IMG/VR virus record: IMGVR_UViG_3300037313_001714
Span: 54,454-118,453 of that record
Source: a virus
Direction: 5' to 3' (one strand)
DNA length: 64,000 nt
Made by a program: the position numbers and the translations under genes. Shown here piece after piece: positions 1 to 8,155 of this stretch. The notes beneath the pieces are model-generated. The model was not told the DNA's origin, ran no database searches, and worked only from the letters and a program-made list of their open reading frames with translations. Each line of letters starts with the position of its first letter. The stretch's first letter is position 1.

Positions 1-629
1 GCGATCAGCTCGATCGCGCCCTTCTCGCCGATGCCGCCCACGCCGCTGATGACGTCCGAGCTGTCGCCCATGAGACATTTGCGCTCGAGGAACTGCAGCG
101 GCGTGCGGCAGCCCGTCCATTCGTAGAAGTTGCGGGCCGTGACCAGGCGCGAGCCGTCGCGCATGTCGCGCCAGAAGACGTTGCGCCGCACGAACTGCAG
201 CCAGTCACCGTCGCCGGTGATGCAGCCGATGCGGTGACGCGGATCGACGCTGAGCTTGCGCACGAAGTGGCCGGCCAGGTCGTCGGCCTCGTGAGTGAAC
301 GCCGTGATCTGGCGGATGCCCAGGTGCCGCAGCAGACCCTGGATGTAGGGCTTCTGGCTGGCGTAGGCCTCCTTCATGGCCACCCGCTCGGGCGTCGAGC
401 GCCGGTTGCTCTTGTAGTCCGGGTGCAGCGCGAAGCGCCACTCGGCGCGGCCGTCCCACAGCACCAGCGGCGTCGCGCCGGGATAGTCCTGGCGCAGCGT
501 GCGCATGTCGATCAGCATCCCGTAGGCGGCCTGCGTGGGCTGGCTGCCCGAGGTCAGCTTGGTGGCTTGCTGCCAGGCGTAGCCCAGCGCATTGCCGTCC
601 ACCAGCAACGTGAACTTGTCGTAGTTCAT
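1..629 (-). CDS. 5'-3' exonuclease (PolI N-terminal / T4 RNase H-like), runs off the left edge
   Basis: Translated by hand from ATG at 629 (absent from the ORF track): MNYDKFTLLVDGN...DYKSNR...EADDLAG...ITGDGDW...MGDSSDVISGVGGIGEKGA, the typical flap/5' nuclease motifs. Confidence 0.88.
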   Translation of the reverse strand, partial: MNYDKFTLLVDGNALGYAWQQATKLTSGSQPTQAAYGMLIDMRTLRQDYPGATPLVLWDGRAEWRFALHPDYKSNRRSTPERVAMKEAYASQKPYIQGLLRHLGIRQITAFTHEADDLAGHFVRKLSVDPRHRIGCITGDGDWLQFVRRNVFWRDMRDGSRLVTARNFYEWTGCRTPLQFLERKCLMGDSSDVISGVGGIGEKGAIELI

Positions 630-634
630 GAACA

Positions 635-717
635 AGGAGGTCGCGTGTGGGACTCGAACCCACCTGGCGGAGCGAAGCGGGAAGCTCCGCGGGCCTCACC
701 CGAAGCCGAACGCGACC
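635..717 (-). ncRNA. Non-canonical tRNA-like cloverleaf (8-bp acceptor, 5-bp T stem)
   Basis: GGUCGCGU-UC-GGCUUC(GGGU)GAGGCC-C-GCGGAGC(UUCCCGCUUC)GCUCCGC-CAG-GUGGG(UUCGAGU)CCCAC-ACGCGACC-UCCU; four fully paired stems and a canonical T-loop fill the SSB-exonuclease intergenic gap. Confidence 0.65.
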
Positions 718-726
718 GTGTCCGCT

Positions 727-1569
727 TTACGCGGTCGTGTCGATGTCGCCCAGCAGGTCGTCCAGCTCGGCGTCGAGGGCGACACCGGCGTCCGGTGCAG
801 TGCGGGCGGCGCCCGCGGCGCCGTTGCCGTTCACGCGCGCGCCGATCGGGGCGGCCGCCGGACGCGGCAGGGCCGTGGTCGGGGTCGCGGGCGCTGCGCC
901 CGGTGCCGGCAGCAGGCCAGCGACCGTGTTCAGGGCCGCCAGGGCGCGCTGCTCGCCCTCGGTGCTGTCCTGCTTCACGTAGTCATCCAGGTCCGTCACC
1001 TTGTCCTGCACAGCCTTCGGGATCGGCGTGCCAGGCTTCATGCTCATGGTGGTGGTGTAGCGCGTGTTCAGACCCGTGCCTTCGCGGTTCACGACGATTT
1101 CGTGCCCCTTCTCGGGGTCCAACACGGCTTCCGCGCCGTTCTCGATGATCATTTCGAAGATTTGCGTCAGCACCTGCTGCGCCACTTTCGTCACCTTCGG
1201 CGTGTTGGGCTCGGACGAGTCCAGGTGCAGCGCGTTGACGAGGTGTTCCTTGCTGGACTTGGACTTCGCGAGGACTTCGGTTGTGGTGTCGTCCGGGGCG
1301 CTGGCGATCAGCGCGCGCAGCGCGTTGCAGGTGTTGCACGGCTTGCCGTCGGTGGCAGCGGCGCAGACATAGACGGCCTGGAGTTCATCGGCCGCGTTCT
1401 TGATGAAGTGCTGGCCGAAGTCGCGCCAGAACTGCTCGGGGTTCTTCGGGTTCCAGCCGGCGAACAGCCGGATGCGGTTCTTGCCTTGGTTGAAGCCGGC
1501 GGCGCGCTCGATGCGCTTCATGGCTTGTTTCTTGGAGGCGATCAGGGCAGCGATTTTTGCGGCGTCCAT
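727..1569 (-). CDS. Probable single-stranded DNA-binding protein (T4 gp32-like)
   Basis: RIRLF...FWRDFGQHF, Cys cluster VCAAATDGKPCNTC, acidic tail ELDDLLGDIDTTA; next to recombination/replication genes. Start placed at MDAAK (1569) because the upstream ATG overlaps a promoter. Confidence 0.6.
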   Translation of the reverse strand: MDAAKIAALIASKKQAMKRIERAAGFNQGKNRIRLFAGWNPKNPEQFWRDFGQHFIKNAADELQAVYVCAAATDGKPCNTCNALRALIASAPDDTTTEVLAKSKSSKEHLVNALHLDSSEPNTPKVTKVAQQVLTQIFEMIIENGAEAVLDPEKGHEIVVNREGTGLNTRYTTTMSMKPGTPIPKAVQDKVTDLDDYVKQDSTEGEQRALAALNTVAGLLPAPGAAPATPTTALPRPAAAPIGARVNGNGAAGAARTAPDAGVALDAELDDLLGDIDTTA

Positions 1570-1657
1570 GTGGTGTGTGACAGCAGTAAAGAGGTTGAAG
1601 AGATGGCAGGTTTGCAGGTGCTTCTCGACGCGGTCGCCCGCGTCAATCGCACCCGAC

Positions 1658-1686
1658 ATTATACCTCACCGGTGACTTACTGACGA
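1658..1686 (-). promoter_or_regulatory. Sigma-70-like promoter with the operator in the spacer
   Basis: TCGTCA-17 nt-TATAAT; operator ACCTCA-CCGG-TGACTT at 1663-1678. Confidence 0.6.
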
Positions 1687-1704
1687 GCCCGAGTCCGCGG
1701 GCCT

Positions 1705-2835
1705 TCAGGAGCCCGCGCGGGCTGCGTGCAAGGCCTGCACCACGCGCACCGGCCCCTTGCTTTCCTCGCGCCGGTCGGCGCCGATCTGGATCAGCATGTC
1801 GCGCCGGTCGTTGAGCGACGCCACCAGGCTCTTGTTGATGCTGGCGATGGTCTCGGCCTCCACCACCCGGTTCTTGATCGCGAGCCACAGCGGGTCTGTC
1901 TTGACGGCGCTCTCCACCGCCTTCTCGGTGACCTTCTCGCCGCCCGCGGCAGCCTTCGCGGCCAGGATCTTGCGGTGCTTCTCGTACAGCTGCGCCTCCT
2001 TCACTTCGGCCTGCAGCTTCACGCGGTCGGCCTGGGCCTCCGCGTTGGCCGCGAACTGCCCGTAGGTGGCGCGCAGGCTGTTCTGCTGCATCATGGCGTC
2101 GCTCAGGTTGGTGTCGCTGATCGCCGTCTCGCGCTTGAACTCGTCCACGTCGATGGAAAAACGCAGGCCCGGGGCGACGCGCGGGTTGTGCGTGTCGGGT
2201 TCGGCGGGCGGCTTGCTGGCTTCGCTCGCCAGGCCGGTGCCCTCGTCCTTCTCGATCTCCGCGATGGCAGCGGCCGCTTCGGCCGCCTCGTTCGCTGCGG
2301 CCACCGGGGTAGCCGGGGCGGCGGGCGTTGCTGCAGCCGCCTTGCGCGTGCGCACGATGGTCTGCACCGCGACGAACGCCGACTGGTACTCGCTGCTCGC
2401 CTGGCCGTAGATGCCGGCGATGTCCTTGAGCTTGGCCTTCATCTGCTCGCCGGTCATCGGCGACCAGTCGGGCATCGTGAAAGCCGGCAGGCCCAGCGCT
2501 TCGCCGGTGCTCGGATCGTCCTCCCACGGCAGCGGGTCGGCGATGGGTGTGACCTTCTCGGGCACGACGAAGTTGGAGGGCTCGGGCGCGGCATGGGCGG
2601 CGTCGGCGATGATCGCGTCCACCTTCTGCGCGGCCGTCACGCGCTGCGACTTCAGCGCCTCGGGCGGCAGCTCGGGCTGCTCGCGCTTGGCCGGCGCGGC
2701 GACGGCAGCGGCCGCCTCCTCGACGACCACCGCGGCCGGTGCCGCGGGCGCATCGACCGCGCCGGCAGTCTCGAGTTCCAGCTCCGCCATGATGGCGTCC
2801 AGCTCCGGGTCGTTCATTTCGATTTCGCGTGCCAT
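1705..2835 (-). CDS. UvsY-like recombination mediator candidate with a long Ala/Glu/Pro-rich N-terminal extension
   Basis: Helical C-terminal region ...VTEKAVESAVKTDPLWLAIKNRVVEAE...; lies between SSB and DnaE; start at MAREIEM with GGAG upstream. Confidence 0.45.
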   Translation of the reverse strand: MAREIEMNDPELDAIMAELELETAGAVDAPAAPAAVVVEEAAAAVAAPAKREQPELPPEALKSQRVTAAQKVDAIIADAAHAAPEPSNFVVPEKVTPIADPLPWEDDPSTGEALGLPAFTMPDWSPMTGEQMKAKLKDIAGIYGQASSEYQSAFVAVQTIVRTRKAAAATPAAPATPVAAANEAAEAAAAIAEIEKDEGTGLASEASKPPAEPDTHNPRVAPGLRFSIDVDEFKRETAISDTNLSDAMMQQNSLRATYGQFAANAEAQADRVKLQAEVKEAQLYEKHRKILAAKAAAGGEKVTEKAVESAVKTDPLWLAIKNRVVEAETIASINKSLVASLNDRRDMLIQIGADRREESKGPVRVVQALHAARAGS

Positions 2836-2939
2836 GTTGCGTGTGCTCCGTGTTGCGTGTGCAGGTTGCAGGTTTGAGGGTCTGACTGTAGCCCGAATGG
2901 GCAGGAAAAGATGCGTCACGGGTGACTGAGTGAAACTGC

Positions 2940-5900
2940 CTAAGAAACGATCTCGTGAACGGTCTTGAACACCTCCTTCAAGGCGTCGTACTTGCTCGGG
3001 TCGAAGTTGATCTGTTGCGGGTTCAGGCCGCACACGATGGTGGCGGCCAGCGCCGCGTCGTAGATGGTCTTGCCCACCATCTCCGCGCCCTTGGCGCCCG
3101 GGATGAAGCGGCGGATCGCTGCTGAGCCCAGCGCCACGATCACCGGCGGCTTGATGACTTCCAGCTCGCGGGTGAGGAACTGGCTGCAGCCGTTGATCTG
3201 GTCGTTGGAGAGGAACTTGTCGTTCTTCTTGGCCTTCACGAGCGTGGTGTAGTAGCCGTCACCGGGCTGCAGGCCGGCATCGCGGATGGCTTCCTTCACC
3301 CAGCCGGCGGCCTCGCCCTCCAGCAGCTTGTCGGCCTTTTCCTCTTCCCAGCTCGGGCAGTCGGCCACCACCATGAACTTCACGTTGGACTTCATGCGCG
3401 CCTGCGGATGCGGCCGGCCGGCCAGGTCGCAGTCGCCGCACTTGCGGTACTCCTGCACGATGTGGATCACCTTCGCGCGCACGAACTTGTCGGTGACGTC
3501 CGTGGTGCGGTCGGCCTTGACGTTGTCGATGATCAGGCCTGGCATCAGCTCGGTCTGGTCGCGCCGGCGGTCCGGGTGGCGCGCCGGCTTCTCGGTCGGG
3601 TCGATGCTGGCCAGTGCGCCGACGAGTTTGAGGCGCTCGCGGTGCGTGATCGTGATCTTGCTGCCCTTGACGCTGGTCACTGCCTCGAAGTGCGCGGCGC
3701 TGGTGAAGCGGCCGCCGGCGGCGGCGCGGTGGGCCATGAGCTTGTGCGCCGTGTTGTCGCTCAGGCCCTTGACGGCGCTGAACGGTGCCAGGATGTGCGT
3801 GTCGTCGGGAATGGTGAAGCGCTCGGTGGACAGGTTGATGTCCGGCGGCAGGATCTCGATGCCCGCCTCGCGCGCGTCCTTGACCAGGCCCGCGAGCTTG
3901 TCCTCCTTGACGATCGACAGGCAGGCAGCGAAGTATTCGGCCGGGTAGCGCACGCGCAGCCACATGGTCCAGTAGCTGATGATGGAATACTCGACCGCGT
4001 GCGAGCGGTTGAAGCCGTAGCCGGCGAACGCCTCGATCTTGTCGAACAGCGCGCCCGCGATCGCGGCATCCATGCCCGAGTGCTTCTCGCAGCCCTCCAC
4101 CCAGGCCTTGCGCTGCTCGGCCATCTTGACCTTGTCCTTCTTGCCCATCGCCTTGCGCAGGTGGTCGGCGCCGGCGCGGGAAAAGCCGGCCAGGTCGATC
4201 GCCAGCTGCATCACCTGCTCCTGGTAGACGATGACCGAGTAGGTGGACTCGAGCGCCGCCTCCATGTTCGGGTGCTCGTAGCTGGGCGTGAGCATGCCCT
4301 GTTTGATCGCCACGAAGTCGTCCATCAGGCCCGAGTCCATCGGGCCGGGCCGGTACAGGGCGGTGGCCGCGGTGATGTCCTCGAAGGTGAGCGGTCCACC
4401 CTTGCGCAGCTCGCGCAGCAGCTTGCGCATGCCAGGCGACTCGAACTGGAAGACGCCCGTGGTGTCGCCGCGCCCGAAGGCGTCCATCACGTCCGGGTCC
4501 TCGAGCGGCAGATCGGTGTAGGTGACGTCGACGCCGTGCCGGCCCTTGATGTACTGCCGTGCGATCTCCAGCACGTCGAGCGTGGACAGGCCCAGCACGT
4601 CCATCTTGACCAGGCCCCAGTCCTCCACCGTGCGCTTGTCCCAGGACACCACCGGCAGGCCTTCATCCGTCTCGCTGCGCGTCTCCACGACCGCGCGCTC
4701 GTGCAGCGGCACGCCGCCGATCACCACGCCCCCGGCGTGCTGGCCGAACGAGCGCATCACGCCTTCGAGCTTCAGCGCGTGGCCCCAGATGTGCGGATGG
4801 TTCAGGCGGAACTTGTCGATCTCGGGGATCGCTTTGGCGGCTTCCTCGAGGGTGGCCGACACGCCCTGCTCCTTTGGCACCAGCTTGGTCGGACTCAGCT
4901 CCAGGTTGGACAGCTCGTGCACCCGGCCCGCGTCCCTCAGCGCCGATGCGGAGGCGAGCGTCGAAAAGTTGCTGACACCGGCCACCCGGTCGGCACCGTG
5001 GCGGCCGACCAGGTACTGGAAGACCTCGTGCCGCCGGCTCGTCTGGAAGTCCAGGTCCGCGTCCGGGAGGTCGAGGCGTTCAGGGTTAATGAACCGCTCG
5101 AACAGCAGGTTGAAACGGATAGGGTCCACCTCGGTGATCCCAAGGAGGTAGGCAACGAGACTGCCACCAACCGATCCCCGACCGGGACCAACAATGATGC
5201 CATTGGCTTTGCTCCAGTTCACGAGGTCCGCGACCAGCAGGAAGTAGCCGGCGAAGCCCATCTTTTTCAGGACCGCCAGCTCGTAGTTCAAGCGCTCGCG
5301 GTACTTGGGCAGGTCGGCGATCGACGGCTGGTGGCCCATGACGCGGCGGCCGAAGCGCCTACCCCAGCCCGCGATGCACAGCCTGCCCAGCTCCATGAAC
5401 TCGTTGGTCGCCATGGTGGGCAGCGACACCGGCAGCTTCGCGAACTCCCACCTGCAGGCGTCGGCCAGGTGCTGGGTGTTGACCAACCCCCTGGCGAACA
5501 GGGTGGCGATCTCATGCTTGCTCAGACCCGTGTTTCCCCACTTCTCCGCACGGTCCACCGCGCCGCTCAGACGTAGTCGCAGCGTCGCAGCCGGCTTGAA
5601 GCCGAAGTCGCGCACGAACTGGCGCGGGCGGTGCCGCGTGTCCATCTTGTACTGCCCCGACGAGCAGATCGTCTGCAAGACCTCCAGCGTGGGTGCGTCT
5701 GCGTCGTCGCGGTACAGAAACGGATAGGTGACAAGGGTGCGCGCAGCGTGCGTGTGCGCTGCCTTCAGCGCGCGCGCGTTGAGCGTGTCGAACAGCGGCG
5801 TGTCGATCGGCGCCAGTTCGACATAGACGCGCTCGCGGCTGAACTTCGCGATCAGCCGCTGCAGGATCGCGTCGGCCTCCTGGTGGTGCCACAGGCTGTT

Positions 5901-6335
5901 GAAGTCGCCGGTGGACACAAGCACGTCCTCGAGCGCGAACACCTGCTCCCAGCCGGTGCGCGCGTGGTAGTAGAACTGCTCGCGCGAGTTGGCCGCCGAC
6001 AGCAGCTTCATCAGGCTCGTGATGCCGCGCTCGCCCGCCACGTAGACCTTGATGCACACGTGCGGGTTCGGCTTGTCCTCGATGCCGCTGTTCTTGGCCG
6101 GCTTCTTCCACAGCGGGTCGTCGTAGACGCGCAGGCGGCAGCCGACGATCGGCTTGATGCCGGCTTTCTTGCACTTCGTGGTGAAGTCCACCAGCGAGTG
6201 GATCGACATCGTGTCCACCAGCGCGACCGACTCGTAGCCGTGCCGCTGGGCCTCCTCGATGATGTGGTCCGTCTGCAGCAGCGACTCGCCGATGCTGAAG
6301 TCGCTGCGCACGGACAGCGCGTGGTTGATGCTCAT
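2940..6335 (-). CDS. dnaE: DNA polymerase III alpha subunit with a C-terminal uracil-DNA-glycosylase family-4-like domain
   Basis: PHP start HALSVRSDFSIGES; GPGRGSVGGSLVAYLLGIT; PDADLD; GQHAGG; KMDVLGL; GVFQFES; VYQEQVM; GYGFNRSH; C-terminus CGDCDL...FMVVADCP...YYTTLVK...KPPVIVALGS. Confidence 0.95.
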   Translation of the reverse strand: MSINHALSVRSDFSIGESLLQTDHIIEEAQRHGYESVALVDTMSIHSLVDFTTKCKKAGIKPIVGCRLRVYDDPLWKKPAKNSGIEDKPNPHVCIKVYVAGERGITSLMKLLSAANSREQFYYHARTGWEQVFALEDVLVSTGDFNSLWHHQEADAILQRLIAKFSRERVYVELAPIDTPLFDTLNARALKAAHTHAARTLVTYPFLYRDDADAPTLEVLQTICSSGQYKMDTRHRPRQFVRDFGFKPAATLRLRLSGAVDRAEKWGNTGLSKHEIATLFARGLVNTQHLADACRWEFAKLPVSLPTMATNEFMELGRLCIAGWGRRFGRRVMGHQPSIADLPKYRERLNYELAVLKKMGFAGYFLLVADLVNWSKANGIIVGPGRGSVGGSLVAYLLGITEVDPIRFNLLFERFINPERLDLPDADLDFQTSRRHEVFQYLVGRHGADRVAGVSNFSTLASASALRDAGRVHELSNLELSPTKLVPKEQGVSATLEEAAKAIPEIDKFRLNHPHIWGHALKLEGVMRSFGQHAGGVVIGGVPLHERAVVETRSETDEGLPVVSWDKRTVEDWGLVKMDVLGLSTLDVLEIARQYIKGRHGVDVTYTDLPLEDPDVMDAFGRGDTTGVFQFESPGMRKLLRELRKGGPLTFEDITAATALYRPGPMDSGLMDDFVAIKQGMLTPSYEHPNMEAALESTYSVIVYQEQVMQLAIDLAGFSRAGADHLRKAMGKKDKVKMAEQRKAWVEGCEKHSGMDAAIAGALFDKIEAFAGYGFNRSHAVEYSIISYWTMWLRVRYPAEYFAACLSIVKEDKLAGLVKDAREAGIEILPPDINLSTERFTIPDDTHILAPFSAVKGLSDNTAHKLMAHRAAAGGRFTSAAHFEAVTSVKGSKITITHRERLKLVGALASIDPTEKPARHPDRRRDQTELMPGLIIDNVKADRTTDVTDKFVRAKVIHIVQEYRKCGDCDLAGRPHPQARMKSNVKFMVVADCPSWEEEKADKLLEGEAAGWVKEAIRDAGLQPGDGYYTTLVKAKKNDKFLSNDQINGCSQFLTRELEVIKPPVIVALGSAAIRRFIPGAKGAEMVGKTIYDAALAATIVCGLNPQQINFDPSKYDALKEVFKTVHEIVS

Positions 6336-6607
6336 ACTGGGATGTAGTCCTGGTCCACCCGTTCGGGAATGGTTCGCTCCCACAAGATGACGAGGTTATG
6401 CATGCGCGTGCGGCTGATGGTTCTGGATGGTGAAGTTGCCGTGCACCCCGGCGACGGCGACACGAACGAGCTGCCCGGATCGAACTCGCTCTCGTTGTGC
6501 TCCTGCAGGTAGCTCGCGCGCACCCGCCAGCCCGACTCCGTTGTGGGCGGCAGCAGCGTGCCGGAGAACGGCAGCGTCACTGTGTGGACGTGATATTCGA
6601 ACCTCAT
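6332..6607 (-). CDS. Hypothetical protein (91 aa)
   Basis: ATGA overlaps with both neighbours. Confidence 0.5.
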   Translation of the reverse strand: MRFEYHVHTVTLPFSGTLLPPTTESGWRVRASYLQEHNESEFDPGSSFVSPSPGCTATSPSRTISRTRMHNLVILWERTIPERVDQDYIPV

Positions 6608-7260
6608 GCCAGCACGAACCTGTCGCCGTCCAGGCGCACGATGCCGAAGGTCTGCAGGATGGCCATCGCCTGCGCCATCTGGCTGCGCGCGGTGCCCTCG
6701 GTCCAGCCGAGGTCGGCCATCAGGCGGGCCAGCATCTCGGCGCGGGTGAAACCGCCGGTCAGCAGCAGCTCGCAGGCGATGCGCATGTGCTTCCACTCGC
6801 CGATCTCGGCAAACGGGTTGTTGCCTTCGTGCAGCTTGTCGCGCAGCCCGGTGATCAGGTTCGCCTTGCACAGCGACACCGCCATCGCCTGCGCCTTGGT
6901 GTTGGCGATCTTCATGATGAGCGTGCTCTGGTCGCCGCTCAGGTCGAAGGAGACCTTCACCACGCGCGTGGTGCGCTCGATCGGCTTGGCCACCGGCTTG
7001 GGCTGGGATGCCGGCACCGCCGGCGTGGCCACCGACTCGGGCGGGCAGGCCGCAGCGCGCGCCTTCTCGTGACGCTTGAGCAGGTCGTTGACGTTGACCC
7101 GGTCGCGGATCGCCTGCAGCGTCGCCCAGCTCGCGTCCTTGCAGGCCGCGTAGGCCGGGCAGTCCTGGCAGACCTTGCCGTCCACCGCGAACACGCTGGC
7201 CGCGCCGAAGCAGCCTGGCGCCAGAATCTGGCGCCCATCACTGGCGTTGACGATGGTCAT
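6604..7260 (-). CDS. Hypothetical protein with an N-terminal four-Cys cluster and a possible C-terminal winged helix
   Basis: GCFG...VCQDCPAYAAC; C-terminus GFTRAEMLARLMADLGWTEGTARSQ; translationally coupled to the sigma-like gene. Confidence 0.6.
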   Translation of the reverse strand: MTIVNASDGRQILAPGCFGAASVFAVDGKVCQDCPAYAACKDASWATLQAIRDRVNVNDLLKRHEKARAAACPPESVATPAVPASQPKPVAKPIERTTRVVKVSFDLSGDQSTLIMKIANTKAQAMAVSLCKANLITGLRDKLHEGNNPFAEIGEWKHMRIACELLLTGGFTRAEMLARLMADLGWTEGTARSQMAQAMAILQTFGIVRLDGDRFVLA

Positions 7261-8015
7261 GCTGTCTCCACTTGCCGCACCAGCTCGCCCAGCTCGGCGT
7301 GCACCAGCGCCAGGTCGGTGTCGTCCACCGGTGCGCCCGCGAGCTGCAAGAAGCGGCCAATGCTGTCGATGCTCACATCGGGGTCGCGCATGATGGTGGC
7401 GGCCCGCGCGCCCTGCTCTTTCGCGTGCTGGTAGTGCGCCGACTGCTTGCCCAGCTCGCACACCAGCTCGGGCGGCGGCTCGCGCAGCCAGCTCACCACC
7501 AGCTGCGTGAGCGGCGACATGCGCTGCAGCTGCTTGTCCACCCATTCCAGGCGCTCCACCTTCTGCTCGGGCGACTCGCTGTCGGCCTCCAGCAACTCCT
7601 CGAAGGGCAGGCCCTCCTCGTGGGAGCGCAGCCGGCTGAACGGCACCGGGCGCAGGCCCCACTGGGGCGGATCGAGCAACTTCTCGCCGGCGATGGCGCG
7701 CCGCTTGTTCTCGTCGCGCACGAGCTGGATCTGCTCGCGCTGGCCGGTGTTCAGGTTCTTCACCCCCGACATCACGCCGATCACCTTCTGGAAGTGGTTG
7801 CGGGCATAGCGCGAGTAGATCGCCGAGAACTTGAAGCCGGACTCCGGGTCGTAGTTCTCCGCGGCTTTCAGGAAGGCGATCGACGCCTCCTGAAAGCAGT
7901 CGTCGTATTCGAAGCCGGCGTGGTTCAGGTTGGCCATCTTCAGGCACTGCTGGGCCTGCAGGTGGATCAAGCCCTGGTGGTCCTCGAAGCGCGGCGGGTT
8001 GGTGTTCTTGGCCAT
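7257..8015 (-). CDS. Phage sigma-70-like factor (region 2 recognisable)
   Basis: EDHQGLIH...YDDCFQEASIAFLKAAENYDPESGFKFSAIY matches the sigma region 2.2-2.4 pattern. Confidence 0.72.
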   Translation of the reverse strand: MAKNTNPPRFEDHQGLIHLQAQQCLKMANLNHAGFEYDDCFQEASIAFLKAAENYDPESGFKFSAIYSRYARNHFQKVIGVMSGVKNLNTGQREQIQLVRDENKRRAIAGEKLLDPPQWGLRPVPFSRLRSHEEGLPFEELLEADSESPEQKVERLEWVDKQLQRMSPLTQLVVSWLREPPPELVCELGKQSAHYQHAKEQGARAATIMRDPDVSIDSIGRFLQLAGAPVDDTDLALVHAELGELVRQVETA

Positions 8016-8017
8016 GG

Positions 8018-8155
8018 TCACGCTCCGAAGAAGAACAGCCAGGACCAGTCGCGCAGGCCGTAGCCGCACGGGCAGCACTTGTAGGCCTCGCAGCTGGCGG
8101 ACCAGGCGTAGGCCAGGTCCACATCCAGCACGCTCACGTCGTCGTGGATGAACAT
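8018..8155 (-). CDS. Small hypothetical protein (45 aa)
   Basis: Hand-translated MFIHDDVSVLDVDLAYAWSASCEAYKCCPCGYGLRDWSWLFFGA; TGATG overlap with the upstream stop; fills the gap. Confidence 0.4.
   Translation of the reverse strand: MFIHDDVSVLDVDLAYAWSASCEAYKCCPCGYGLRDWSWLFFFGA

Noticed and set aside
635-717. Genuine tRNA-Sec or other decoding tRNA
   Set aside because: No 7-nt anticodon loop, no UCA anticodon, no long variable arm, no encoded CCA.
647-982. Plus-strand ORF with a perfect SD (AAGGAGGT at 634-641) before GTG
   Set aside because: The protein is low-complexity and antisense to the tRNA-like element and SSB; the SD is the reverse complement of the tRNA-like 3' end. It is not excluded experimentally.
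2940-6335. Intein or intron in DnaE (also checked terL and the helicase)
   Set aside because: Conserved motifs are normally spaced, with no splice-junction motifs or endonuclease insert.
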